Shown here piece by piece: positions 50,013 through 62,123 of a DNA stretch of 64,000 nucleotides. A program made the translations under genes and the position numbers. The DNA lies in contig CBDBHB010000006.1 of NCBI GenBank assembly GCA_965205505.1, positions 64,001-128,000 of the forward strand, read 5' to 3'. The notes beneath the pieces are model-generated. The model saw nothing but the letters and a program-made list of their open reading frames with translations. It made no database searches and had not been told where the DNA came from. Each line of letters starts with the position of its first letter. The stretch's first letter is position 1. The DNA is from Acidobacteriota bacterium. Its GTDB lineage: Bacteria; Acidobacteriota; UBA890; WLXD01.

Positions 50013-51233
50013 ATGGGCATCAACAAGCAATTCTCCGGCTACCGCTCGTTCGACTACCTGAAGACCACGCGCGATTTCCGCGAGTTCGAGCTCGTCGAGG
50101 GCCACTGCAAGGATGAGCCGTACTTGCTGCCGCTGGCGGCCGAGCAGGAGGCTCGCGTCGAGGATCTGGCCGAGCGGCTGATGATGATCTCGCTCCATGA
50201 GCACCCCCACTACTTCCCGGTCGCGCTCGACGAGATGATGGCGTACGACCGCGAAGCGCGCGTGTACACGGCTTACGAGGCGCTGGGCGAGTCGTACTGG
50301 GATTGCGTGTTCGACAATTTCCTCGACGGCAGCGCGATCATCACCTCCAAGAGCGGCTGGAAGTGGGACGACGTCCTCTACGACATGGGCATGCGCCTTT
50401 GCGATCTCGCCCATCAGGACTTCATCATCCGCTGCGAAGTCGTTGACGATATCCACCGTGCGCACCGCGAGGGACGTATTGCGCTGGTGCCGGCGCAGGA
50501 GGGTGCGGCGATGATCGAGAACGAGCTCGACCGCATCGAGATCCTCTACGGCTTCGGGCTGCGCGTGCTCGGCATTTGCTACAGCGAGTCGAACGCGCTC
50601 GGTACCGGCCTTAAGGAGGTCCGGGACGGCGGTCTCACCGCGTTCGGCAAGCGTGCCGTGGCACGCATGAACGAGGTGGGTATGGCGATCGACTGCGCCC
50701 ACGCCAGCGATCAAACGACACTCGATACGGTCGAGGCCAGCAGCAAGCCGATTTTCCTGACCCACACCGGGGCACGGGCCCTGTGGGATATCAAGCGGCT
50801 TGCTCCCGACGAGGTCATCAAGGTGGTCGCCGGCAAGGGCGGCGTGATCGGCATCGAGGCAGCGCCGCACACGACGATCACCGACCGGCATCCGCGGCAC
50901 GATATCGAATCGTTCATGGAGCACTTCGAGTACGTGAGGGACCTGGTCGGAGTCGACCACGTTGCCTTCGGACCTGACACGCTCTGGGGCGATCACGTCG
51001 GCGTGCACAAGGTTTATGCGAGTTTGTTGTCGATCGATGCTTCCCACGAGGGCGGCGGCAAGTCGTCCGGCCCCAGCCACGAGATGGTGGAGTACGTGCG
51101 CGGAATCGAGAACCCGACCGAGGGCTCGAAGAACATCCTGCGATGGCTGGTGCAGCACGACTACGCCGAGGAGGACGTTGCGAAGGTGATGGCCGGAAAC
51201 ATCCTGCGGGTGCTCGACGAGGCATGGCAGTGA
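50013..51233 (+). CDS. Membrane dipeptidase (peptidase M19)
   Basis: SLHEH, QEGA, DGGLT.FG...V..MNE.GM.ID.AH, THTGAR, HVAFGPD. Confidence 0.9.
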   Translation: MGINKQFSGYRSFDYLKTTRDFREFELVEGHCKDEPYLLPLAAEQEARVEDLAERLMMISLHEHPHYFPVALDEMMAYDREARVYTAYEALGESYWDCVFDNFLDGSAIITSKSGWKWDDVLYDMGMRLCDLAHQDFIIRCEVVDDIHRAHREGRIALVPAQEGAAMIENELDRIEILYGFGLRVLGICYSESNALGTGLKEVRDGGLTAFGKRAVARMNEVGMAIDCAHASDQTTLDTVEASSKPIFLTHTGARALWDIKRLAPDEVIKVVAGKGGVIGIEAAPHTTITDRHPRHDIESFMEHFEYVRDLVGVDHVAFGPDTLWGDHVGVHKVYASLLSIDASHEGGGKSSGPSHEMVEYVRGIENPTEGSKNILRWLVQHDYAEEDVAKVMAGNILRVLDEAWQ

Positions 51234-51469
51234 CGCACCCCGGCGGCGAACGACCTGCGGCCGCAGCGCGAACGGTCCCGCAGCGGCCGCGGTTGCCGCG
51301 TGTCTCGATCGCGCTGATGGCGTTCTTTCTCGTTGGTGGCAGCCTGGGGCTGCTGGTCGACTGGCCGCCCGGTCCCGCCAATCTCGACTGGGGAGTGTGG
51401 ATCCTGGTCTACGGCGGCTATGTGTACGTGATCGCGGCGGCGCTGTTCTACGTCAGGACGGGGCGCTAG
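51230..51469 (+). CDS. Small two-TM membrane protein (possible symporter accessory subunit)
   Basis: GTGA overlap with the dipeptidase stop; two hydrophobic helices; precedes SSS gene. Confidence 0.6.
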   Translation: MTHPGGERPAAAARTVPQRPRLPRVSIALMAFFLVGGSLGLLVDWPPGPANLDWGVWILVYGGYVYVIAAALFYVRTGR

Positions 51470-51477
51470 CAGATGAC

Positions 51478-52965
51478 ATGAGCATCACCGCCCAGTACAC
51501 GCTGATCCTGATCGTGTACTTCGCCGGGCTGATGGGCCTCGGCGTCTGGTCGAATCGTCGGACGCAGTCGCGCGATGATTACTTTCTGGCACGCGGCAAG
51601 CTCGGTCCGGGCACCGTCGGTTTCTCCTACTCCGCCACGCAGATGAGCGGCAGTTCCTACATGGGAGGTATCGGGTCGGAGCGCTTGCTCGGCTACAACT
51701 TTTCTCCCGCCGGGGTCACGTCGGCCGCCGCTCCCTGGTTCACCTACGTTCTAGTCGGCGATCGGCTGCAACGGATCGCCAGCCGCATCAAATGCACGAC
51801 GATCATCGACGTGTTCGAGGCGCGCTACTACGGCAAGGCGGTCGGGTTCACGGCAACCGGAATCATGCTGGTGGCGTTCGTGCCGATCGTCGCGGCGCAG
51901 CTGAAGGCGGCCGGCAACGTCTTCGAAGTGTTCCTCGGCATGCCTTATCTCGCCGGCCTCTTCGTGTTCGGCGGCATCGTGGTCCTTTACACGGTGGTTG
52001 GCGGCATGCAGGCGGTGGCGTGGACCGACCTAATCCAGGGATTGATCATGGTCGTCGGCTTCGCGGTTCTGTCGCCGATCGCCGTCAGCGCCTCCGGCGG
52101 ATTCTCGGAGATGCATCGGCAGTACGGCGACATCAACCCCGAGGCGATCTCGTTCCTTGGCGCAATGCCTGCGTTGTGGGTGGTGTCGTCGTTTTTGGTC
52201 TGGGGCTTCTTCCAAATCGGCGGTGCCCCCGCCGCGGTGACGCGGTTCCTGATTCTAGAGGACAAGCGCGCTCTGCGGCGCGCGATGGTCTACTCGGTGA
52301 CGTTCTCGTGCTTCATCTACGTCAACGCCACGCTGATCGCCATCGCCTCGGGCGTGCTGCTGCCGACGCTGGACCAGCCTGATCTGGCGCTGCCGCTGCT
52401 GGTGTCGAACCTCTTGCCACCGATCGTCGGCGGGGTGATCGTCGCCGCTGTGCTTGGCGCAACCATGTCGACCATCGACTCGGTGTTGCTGATGGCGGGC
52501 TCATTGGTGGTTGAGAACATCTACATACCGCTTTCGCGCCGCGCCGTCGACGCGGCACAAGGTCTGAAGATCGCGCGCCTCGCCACACTTGCCCTCGGCG
52601 TTACTGCCTTGCTGATGGCGATCGAGCCGCCGGCGGCGATTCTCTGGATCGTCACCATGGGCTTCAGCCTCATGGCCTCGGCGTTCACCTTTCCCTTGTT
52701 GCTCGGGCTGTGGTGGCCGCGGGCCACGCGTGAGGGCGCGCTCACGGGCATGATCGGCGGCTCCATCGTGTGCGTGCTCTGGTACCTCGCCGGCTACGCG
52801 GTGCACGGGACGTTCAACAACTGGATCGGCGGGCTGTGGCCGGCGCTGATCGGACCGATGGCATCGCTTCTGCTCCTCGTGGTCGTCAGCTGCCTGACGC
52901 CACCGCCACCGGAGGGGGTGCAGGAGCTGTTCTTTGCCGACAGCGAAGACGTAGCTACCCTGTGA
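51478..52965 (+). CDS. Sodium:solute symporter (PutP/PanF family)
   Basis: DYFLA, YTVVGGM.AVAWTD.IQG, A.MSTIDS; about 13 TM helices. Confidence 0.92.
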   Translation: MSITAQYTLILIVYFAGLMGLGVWSNRRTQSRDDYFLARGKLGPGTVGFSYSATQMSGSSYMGGIGSERLLGYNFSPAGVTSAAAPWFTYVLVGDRLQRIASRIKCTTIIDVFEARYYGKAVGFTATGIMLVAFVPIVAAQLKAAGNVFEVFLGMPYLAGLFVFGGIVVLYTVVGGMQAVAWTDLIQGLIMVVGFAVLSPIAVSASGGFSEMHRQYGDINPEAISFLGAMPALWVVSSFLVWGFFQIGGAPAAVTRFLILEDKRALRRAMVYSVTFSCFIYVNATLIAIASGVLLPTLDQPDLALPLLVSNLLPPIVGGVIVAAVLGATMSTIDSVLLMAGSLVVENIYIPLSRRAVDAAQGLKIARLATLALGVTALLMAIEPPAAILWIVTMGFSLMASAFTFPLLLGLWWPRATREGALTGMIGGSIVCVLWYLAGYAVHGTFNNWIGGLWPALIGPMASLLLLVVVSCLTPPPPEGVQELFFADSEDVATL

Positions 52966-52978
52966 GGCGCAGACGCGC

Positions 52979-53020
52979 TCAGTCAGCCTGCAGCGCCCGC
53001 ACCGGGTCCACGCGGGCGGC
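52979..53020 (-). pseudogene. 3'-terminal remnant of an ADOP/MacB-type ABC permease
   Basis: Translates AARVDPVRALQAD-stop, the typical C-terminus of these permeases. Confidence 0.55.
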
Positions 53021-53111
53021 AGGCTTGCAAGTCCGTCCTCGGACACTGCTTTGTGCCCGAAAGTGTCAGAATCGTGCACTATAGCTAGCGGACTGCAGAG
53101 CCAGGAGCGTC

Positions 53112-55175
<2,064 letters not shown>

Positions 55176-56171
55176 ATGGCGGGAGTGCCCGCGTCGGAGC
55201 TAGCGGCGAGCATTCGCGCCGGTGATCGGTCGTCGCTGGCTCGTGGCATCACCCTGATCGAGAGCGCTCTCGCCGAAGATCAAAGGCGCGCCGAGGAGCT
55301 ACTCGAGGAGCTTGCACCCCATATCGGTGATGCTTGGCGCATTGGCGTGAGCGGCGTGCCCGGGGTCGGCAAAAGCACGTTCATCGATGCGCTCGGTGCC
55401 TGGCTGGTCGATCGGAACCACCACGTTGCGGTGCTGGCGGTCGATCCGTCGTCGACGCTGTCGGGCGGCAGCATCATGGGCGACAAGACGCAGATGGCGC
55501 GCCTCTCGAAGCTCGACAACGCCTTCGTGCGACCCACGCCGTCCGCACAGACTCTCGGCGGCGTGGCATCGAGGACGCGGGAGGCGATGCTGCTGTGCGA
55601 TGCAGCCGGGTTCGATGTGGTGATGGTCGAGACCGTCGGCGTCGGACAGTCCGAGACCGTGGTCGCCGACATGGTCGACTGCTTCCTCGTGCTCATGCTC
55701 CCTGGAGCGGGCGACGAGCTGCAAGGAATCAAGAAGGGCATCCTCGAGATCGCCGACATCGTGGCGGTCAACAAGGCCGACGGCAGCAACATCGGACGCG
55801 CCCGCGAGGCTGTTGCCGACTATAGCGCTGCGCTTGGTTACAAACGCTCTGAGCCGACCGGCTGGCGTCGCCGTGCTGCCATGACCAGCGCCGCCACCGG
55901 TGACGGCATTCCCGAAATCTGGGCCCTGGTGGAAGAGCATCGCACCACGCTGGCGGGTAGTGGCGAGCTCGCCGAGCGTCGACGAGGCCAGCGCATCAAG
56001 TGGATGTGGGGGCTGATCGAGGAAACCTTGGTCCGCGACTTCCGGGCGCGCGGGGAGTCTTCCGGGTATGTGGCTGCCACCGAGCAGGCGTTGCTCGACG
56101 GTATGGTCACCCCGCGCCGTGCGGCACGAGAGCTCATGGCACGTCTGGCCGGTGAACCGGATTCCCACTGA
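55176..56171 (+). CDS. meaB: Methylmalonyl-CoA mutase-associated GTPase
   Basis: GVPGVGKST, AVDPSS, ETVGVGQSE, NKAD. Confidence 0.95.
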   Translation: MAGVPASELAASIRAGDRSSLARGITLIESALAEDQRRAEELLEELAPHIGDAWRIGVSGVPGVGKSTFIDALGAWLVDRNHHVAVLAVDPSSTLSGGSIMGDKTQMARLSKLDNAFVRPTPSAQTLGGVASRTREAMLLCDAAGFDVVMVETVGVGQSETVVADMVDCFLVLMLPGAGDELQGIKKGILEIADIVAVNKADGSNIGRAREAVADYSAALGYKRSEPTGWRRRAAMTSAATGDGIPEIWALVEEHRTTLAGSGELAERRRGQRIKWMWGLIEETLVRDFRARGESSGYVAATEQALLDGMVTPRRAARELMARLAGEPDSH

Positions 56172-56341
56172 ACTTGTGGAAATCCCTGTGGAAGAGCGCC
56201 GCCGTTTAGCACCTCCGTGCCGTAGGGTCGGCGACTTCTCCGTTTTGCACCACACACGGTGCAGCTCTACGCCGTTTGCCGAAAGGGCTCGTAGCTTGTT
56301 AGCTATCGGCCCTCTCAGCTCACAACATAGAGGTGTGAAGA

Positions 56342-58951
56342 ATGTTGAAGACGATCCCGCCTGACTGTCGCATGCTCACTCGTTCCATATGGCTCGTTCT
56401 GCTAGTCACGGTGTTGGTTGGGGCTCCGTCCGTTGCCCAGGAAAGCGCCCAGGGGGTGCGCGCCAACCGCGAGCTGGCGATGCGGTTCAGCCAGGACAAG
56501 ATGGACAAAATGATCTTCGACACCCAGGTGCAGCCACACTGGCTCGAGGGTAGCGATCGCTTCTGGTACTCGTGGGAAAGCTCGGAAGGCAAGAGCTTCT
56601 GGCTGGTCGATCCCACACGTCGCAGCAAGACGCCGATCTTCGACAACGACGACATGGCGGCGCAACTCACCCTGCTCACCAAGGATCCTCACGACGCCAA
56701 GCACCTGCCGATCGAAAAGATCCGCTGGGTAAACGACAACACCGCCATACAGTTCGATGTCGTCAGCTCGCTCGACGAGGAACGCGATGCGTCCGAAGGT
56801 GATCAGCAGGAAGAAGATTCCGCACGCCGCCGCAAGCCGAAGAAGAAGGTGCACCACTTCGAGTACGAGCTCGGCACCGGCCAGGTGCGTGAGCTCACAG
56901 ACTTCGACGCACCCGCCGACCATCCCGAGTGGGCTGCCATCTCTCCCGACAAGCGGTGGGTGTTGTTCGGGCGCGCTTACGACCTCTACATGATGGACGC
57001 CGCCAACTATCAGAAGTACCTGGAGAAGGAGAAGGCGAAGAAGGATTCCGGCGAGGGCGATGACGAGGATGACGCCGACGATGAGCAGGAATCCGACCTT
57101 GATCCTGACCTCGAGGAGATCCGTCTGACACAGGACGGCGAGCAACACTATGCCTACTTGCGGCGGCAGCGCGGCATGACCGACAAAGAGCGCGTCAAGA
57201 AACTGGGCCGTCGACAGCCGGTTGCCGTTACCTGGTCGCGCGACTCCTCGAAGTTTGCTCTCGAGCGCGCCGATCGTCGCGAGGTCGACGAGCTCTGGGT
57301 GATCAATGCCGTGGCCGAGCCGCGCCCGACGCTCGAGACCTACCGCTACGAGATGCCCGGTGAGGAACACGTCACCCAATCGGAGATCTGGGTGTTCGAC
57401 ATCGCGGCGCGGCAGGGCAAGAAGATCGACACGGAGCGATTCACCGATCAGACGGTGAACATCCTCAGCGCTCGGCAGTTCCCGCGCCCCGACGCCGAGG
57501 ACCCGATCCCGTCACTGTGGCTGTCGGAAAGTGCCAACGAGCTCTATTTTGGCCGCTTCAGCCGCGACCTCAAGCGCTACGACGTTGCAGTGGCTGACCT
57601 GGGGTCGGGTTCTACCCGGGTGTTGATCGAGGAGCGCCTCAATACTTACGTGGAAATCCAGCCGGTCGAGCTGCTCAGCACCGGCGAGATCGTCTGGTGG
57701 TCGGAGCGTGACGGCTGGGGCCATTACTACCTCTACGGCTCAGATGGCAACGTGCGCAATCGCATCACCTCGGGCCCGTACTCTGGCCGGCGCATCGAGG
57801 GCGTCGATGACGTCAAACGAGTCTTGTACTTCACCGCCAACGCGCACGAGGAGGGCGAAGACCCGTACTACACACACCTGTACCGCGTTCGACTCGATGG
57901 CACCGGCCTGACGCTGCTCAACCCCGGCGACGCTAACCACCAAACCAGCATCAGCGAGAGCAACGACTACTTCGTCGACAACCTGTCGCGCGTCGATACC
58001 GTGCCGATGTCAGTGTTGCATGACGGCGACGGCGAGGTGTTGATGGAGCTCGAGCAGGCTGATCTGTCGCTCCTGATGGAGGCCGGCTACGAGTTCCCCG
58101 AGCCGTTCGTGGTCAAGGCGGACGACGGCGTGACCAACCTCTACGGCGTGGTGTACAGGCCATTCGACTTCGACGAGAGCCGCAGCTACCCGATCATCGC
58201 CTACGTCTATCCGGGGCCGCAGACCGAAGCCGTCACCAAGTCGTTCAACACCCGGGCGCAAAACGTCCACCTGGCGCAGCTCGGCTTCGTGGTTATCGAA
58301 GTCGGAAACCGCGGTGGCCATCCGGCGCGCTCGAAGTGGTACCACAACTACGGATACGGCGATCTGCGTGACTATGGCCTGGCCGATAAGAAGGCTGCCA
58401 TCGAGCAGCTGGCGCTGCGCCACGACTACGTCGATATCGACCGGGTGGGGATCTTTGGACACTCCGGCGGCGGCTTCATGTCAACCGCCGCGATGCTCGT
58501 CTACCCCGACTTCTTCAAGGTGGCGGTGTCCTCGTCCGGCAACCACGAGAACCAGATCTACAACCGCTGGTGGAGCGAGAAGCACCACGGTGTGAAAGAG
58601 GTCATCGACGACGAAGGCAACGTCAGCTTCGAGTACGGCATCGAGACCAATTCGCAGTTGGCCAAGAACCTGAAAGGCAAGCTGTTGCTTACCACCGGCG
58701 ATATCGACAACAACGTTCACCCATCGCTGACTTACCGAATGGCCCACGCCCTCATCAAAGCCAACAAGCGCTTCGACTTCTTCGTGTTCCCGGGTGAGCG
58801 CCACGGCTATCGCGAGACTGCCGACTACTGGGCGTGGCTACGGGCAGAGTACTTCTGCGAGCACTTGCTAGGCGATCGGCCCGGCGGCGTCGACATGGAG
58901 GTGCTGAACCGGGAGATCGGCATGACCGGGGAATCGGGGATGGATCGCTAG
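56342..58951 (+). CDS. S9B dipeptidyl-peptidase IV family protein
   Basis: Signal peptide, propeller, YPGP, GHSGGG, GDIDNNVH, FPGERHG (complete triad). Confidence 0.92.
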   Translation: MLKTIPPDCRMLTRSIWLVLLVTVLVGAPSVAQESAQGVRANRELAMRFSQDKMDKMIFDTQVQPHWLEGSDRFWYSWESSEGKSFWLVDPTRRSKTPIFDNDDMAAQLTLLTKDPHDAKHLPIEKIRWVNDNTAIQFDVVSSLDEERDASEGDQQEEDSARRRKPKKKVHHFEYELGTGQVRELTDFDAPADHPEWAAISPDKRWVLFGRAYDLYMMDAANYQKYLEKEKAKKDSGEGDDEDDADDEQESDLDPDLEEIRLTQDGEQHYAYLRRQRGMTDKERVKKLGRRQPVAVTWSRDSSKFALERADRREVDELWVINAVAEPRPTLETYRYEMPGEEHVTQSEIWVFDIAARQGKKIDTERFTDQTVNILSARQFPRPDAEDPIPSLWLSESANELYFGRFSRDLKRYDVAVADLGSGSTRVLIEERLNTYVEIQPVELLSTGEIVWWSERDGWGHYYLYGSDGNVRNRITSGPYSGRRIEGVDDVKRVLYFTANAHEEGEDPYYTHLYRVRLDGTGLTLLNPGDANHQTSISESNDYFVDNLSRVDTVPMSVLHDGDGEVLMELEQADLSLLMEAGYEFPEPFVVKADDGVTNLYGVVYRPFDFDESRSYPIIAYVYPGPQTEAVTKSFNTRAQNVHLAQLGFVVIEVGNRGGHPARSKWYHNYGYGDLRDYGLADKKAAIEQLALRHDYVDIDRVGIFGHSGGGFMSTAAMLVYPDFFKVAVSSSGNHENQIYNRWWSEKHHGVKEVIDDEGNVSFEYGIETNSQLAKNLKGKLLLTTGDIDNNVHPSLTYRMAHALIKANKRFDFFVFPGERHGYRETADYWAWLRAEYFCEHLLGDRPGGVDMEVLNREIGMTGESGMDR

Positions 58952-58984
58952 CAGGCCCGCCACACTTCCACCACGGTCTGCTAG
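58948..58984. repeat. REP-like repeat
   Basis: CTAGCAGGCC...GGTCTGCTAG; overlaps the peptidase stop codon. Confidence 0.75.
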
Positions 58985-59028
58985 GCGAAGCGGACCATCC
59001 GCGGGAGCGATTCGCCGGGAACCTTCTG

Positions 59029-60858
59029 TCAGCCGGCGATTTTGCTCGCTGCCTTGATGGCGCGCCGCCGCTCATTTTCCGTCAGATGACGCTTGCGCAG
59101 CCGCAGGTTCCGCGGCGTGACCTCCACCAACTCGTCGTCTTCGATGAACTCCAGCGCCTGCTCCAGCGACATGCGTAGCGGCGGCGTTAACACGATGTTG
59201 TCGTCGCGGCCGGCGGCGCGCATGTTGCTGAGCTTCTTGCCCTTGAGCGGGTTGACCGGGAGGTCGGCGGAACGCGAATTCAAGCCGACGACCTGCCCCT
59301 CGTAGATCTTCTCGCCGGGGCCGATGAACAGCTGGCCGCGCTCCTGCAAATTGTTTAGCGAGAACCCCAGCGAGGTGCCTTCGGCCATCGATACCAGCAC
59401 GCCGTTGGCGCGACGCTGGCGGGCGATCTTCTGCACGGGGCCGTAGTGGTGGAAGCTGTGCACCATGATGCCGCTGCCCGAGGTCGTCGTACGGAACTCG
59501 GTCTGAAAGCCGATGAGCCCACGCGACGGGATGACGTAGTCGAGCCGCACACGGCCTTCTCCGTCGGGGCGCATGTCTTGCAGGTCGCCGCCGCGTCCGC
59601 CGAGTGCCTCCATGATGGCGCCCTGGTGGCGGTCCTCGACATCGACGCTGAGCTGCTCGAAGGGCTCATGGCGCTGGCCGTCGATCTCGCGCACGATGAC
59701 ACGGGGCCGCGATACCGCCAGTTCGTACCCCTCTCGCCGCATGTTTTCCAGCAGGATCGACAGGTGTAGCTCGCCGCGGCCAGAGACCCGAAACTTGTCT
59801 GGGTTCTCGGTCTCGGCTACCTCCAGCGCGACGTTGTGCAGGGTCTCGCGGCGCAGACGCTCGCGCAGCTGTCGGCTGGTGACGAACTTGCCCTCCGTGC
59901 CGGCAAACGGGGAGATGTTGGTCTCGAAGGTCATGGCGATCGTCGGCTGGTCGACGACCAGGGCCGGCAGCGGCTCGATGTGCGCTGGGTCGCACAGAGT
60001 GTCGGAGATGCGCGGATGTTCTACGCCGCTGAACGCAACGATGTCGCCGGCGCCCGCTTCCTCGATCTCGCTGCGCTCGAGACCATGGAACCCGAGCACC
60101 TGCAACACACGTTCCTGGCGTTCCTTGTCGGCTGCGTCGACGACCGTCACCCGCGCGTTGCGCCGCAACGTGCCGCGCGCGATGCGGCCGATCCCGATGG
60201 CGCCGACGTAGCTGGAGTAGTCGAGCGAGCTGACCTGGAGCTGCAACGGTCCGTCCGGATCGACGTCCGGTGCCGGGACATGCTCGACTACGGCTTCGAA
60301 CAGCGGCGTCATGTCGCTGCCAGGTTGCGCCAGGTCGAGGGTTGCGGTGCCGTGCACGGCAGACGTGTAGATCACCGGGAAGTCGAGCTGCTCATCGCTG
60401 GCGCCGAGCCGGATGAACAACTCGAATGTCTGATCCAGCGCCCAGTCGGCCCTGGCGGCATCGCGATCGATCTTGTTGATCACCACGATGGGGCGCAGGC
60501 CATGCGAGAACGCTTTCTGGGTGACGAACCGTGTTTGCGGCATCGGTCCATCGACCGCATCGACCAACAGCAGCACGGAGTCGACCATCGACAGCACCCG
60601 CTCCACCTCGCCGCCGAAGTCGGCGTGACCCGGCGTGTCGACGATGTTGATGCTGTACTCGTGCCACCGAATCGCGATGTTCTTCGACAGGATCGTGATG
60701 CCGCGCTCGCGTTCCAGATCGTTGGAGTCGAGGAGCCGCTCGCGGTGCTCGATGCGCGCGTCGAAGGTCCCGGACTGCTTCAGCAGCTCGTCGACCAGCG
60801 TGGTTTTGCCATGGTCGACGTGCGCGATGATGGCGATATTTCGGAGGTTCTGAGTCAT
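59029..60858 (-). CDS. typA: Translational GTPase TypA/BipA
   Basis: [48 protein letters not shown]. Confidence 0.97.
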   Translation of the reverse strand: MTQNLRNIAIIAHVDHGKTTLVDELLKQSGTFDARIEHRERLLDSNDLERERGITILSKNIAIRWHEYSINIVDTPGHADFGGEVERVLSMVDSVLLLVDAVDGPMPQTRFVTQKAFSHGLRPIVVINKIDRDAARADWALDQTFELFIRLGASDEQLDFPVIYTSAVHGTATLDLAQPGSDMTPLFEAVVEHVPAPDVDPDGPLQLQVSSLDYSSYVGAIGIGRIARGTLRRNARVTVVDAADKERQERVLQVLGFHGLERSEIEEAGAGDIVAFSGVEHPRISDTLCDPAHIEPLPALVVDQPTIAMTFETNISPFAGTEGKFVTSRQLRERLRRETLHNVALEVAETENPDKFRVSGRGELHLSILLENMRREGYELAVSRPRVIVREIDGQRHEPFEQLSVDVEDRHQGAIMEALGGRGGDLQDMRPDGEGRVRLDYVIPSRGLIGFQTEFRTTTSGSGIMVHSFHHYGPVQKIARQRRANGVLVSMAEGTSLGFSLNNLQERGQLFIGPGEKIYEGQVVGLNSRSADLPVNPLKGKKLSNMRAAGRDDNIVLTPPLRMSLEQALEFIEDDELVEVTPRNLRLRKRHLTENERRRAIKAASKIAG

Positions 60859-61082
60859 GGCTGTGAGCAGACGAGCACCCGTTCCGGGTGGTATCGGGAG
60901 GTGACCGTACCCGACCAGCACGACCAGACCACCATTGTAGCTGGGTCCTGTCGGCACCGTTCGCATCGTCGCGCCGCCAGGCGAGCGGAAACCAATCCCC
61001 GGCTTGGCACCAACTATCTCTCGACTGTTACAGTGAGCAACGAGCGACGAACGACTCCACTGAAGGGTGGCGAGGAGCAGCC

Positions 61083-62123
61083 ATGTTGATCAGAAAGCGG
61101 CGCGGGTGGGAGATCCCGGAGCGCGAGGTCACTCCGGAGAGCATCTATCTGAATCGCCGCAAGGTTCTGCAGGGAATGGGGCTGGCGGCGATCGGCGCAG
61201 GGGGTGCGTACGGGGCGTCGAGGGCGCTGGCCAACGGCGGGCTGATGATGCAACAGGCGGTTTCCATGCCCGACTCGGTGGTCTACCCGAGCGGCCCTGC
61301 GGCCGACCTGTACCCGGCGACTCCTCATCCACGCTTGACGCTCGAGGACGCGGGTCGACCCCTGACTGAGCCGGCATTGACGCATGCCTACAACAACTTT
61401 TACGAGTTCGAGACGCCCAAGCAGAGCGTATGGCGCAACGTTGGCAACTTCCAGACCGAGCCCTGGGCTTTCGAGGTGACGGGGCTGGTCAGCAAGCCGG
61501 GCACCTATGACCTCGAGGAAGTGATGCGCAAGATGCCGCTCGAGGAGCGCGTCTGTCGTTTCCGCTGCGTCGAGCGCTGGGCCGCGGTGATCCCGTGGTC
61601 GGGCTTTCCGTTTCGGTCGTTCCTCGAGCTCGTCGAGCCGCAGCCGCGCGCCAAATACGTCGCCATGTACACGGCCAATCGGCCGGACGAGATGCCCGGC
61701 ATTAGGTCGCAGTCGTGGTACCCGTGGCCGTACCACGACGGCTTGTCGATCGAGGAGGCCAACAACGAGCTGGCGTTCCTGGTCACGGGCTCCTACGGCA
61801 AGCCGAACCCGAAGCAAAACGGCGCCCCGATCAGGTTCATCACGCCGTGGAAGTTCGGCTTCAAGCAGGTGAAATCGATCGTCAAGTTCGACTTCGTCGA
61901 GCGCCAGCCACGCACCTTCTGGAGCGATTCGCAGCCCAACGAATACGGGTTCTGGGCCAACATCAATCCAAAGGTCCCACACCCGCGCTGGTCGCAAGCG
62001 AAGGAATGGTTGATCAACAACGGCGACGTCTACGATACGCAGATCTACAACGGGTACGGCGAGTGGGTGGCTGACATGTACGCGCCGATGGAGAAGGAGC
62101 TCGGTCTCTGGCTCTACCGCTGA
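61083..62123 (+). CDS. msrP: Protein-methionine-sulfoxide reductase catalytic subunit
   Basis: TPE..YLNRR Tat signal, YNNFYEF, RCVE.W, QNGAPIR...PWKFGFK, HPRWSQA. Confidence 0.93.
   Translation: MLIRKRRGWEIPEREVTPESIYLNRRKVLQGMGLAAIGAGGAYGASRALANGGLMMQQAVSMPDSVVYPSGPAADLYPATPHPRLTLEDAGRPLTEPALTHAYNNFYEFETPKQSVWRNVGNFQTEPWAFEVTGLVSKPGTYDLEEVMRKMPLEERVCRFRCVERWAAVIPWSGFPFRSFLELVEPQPRAKYVAMYTANRPDEMPGIRSQSWYPWPYHDGLSIEEANNELAFLVTGSYGKPNPKQNGAPIRFITPWKFGFKQVKSIVKFDFVERQPRTFWSDSQPNEYGFWANINPKVPHPRWSQAKEWLINNGDVYDTQIYNGYGEWVADMYAPMEKELGLWLYR

Noticed and set aside
49513-50061. ORF with repeated peptide FDxVAxLLYVA
   Set aside because: The conserved bases are exactly -35/-10 boxes at 17-nt spacing, so the repeat is a promoter duplication rather than a protein motif
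59836-61089. Long antisense ORFs (this one and many similar)
   Set aside because: Shadow frames of well-supported genes, typical of high-GC coding DNA
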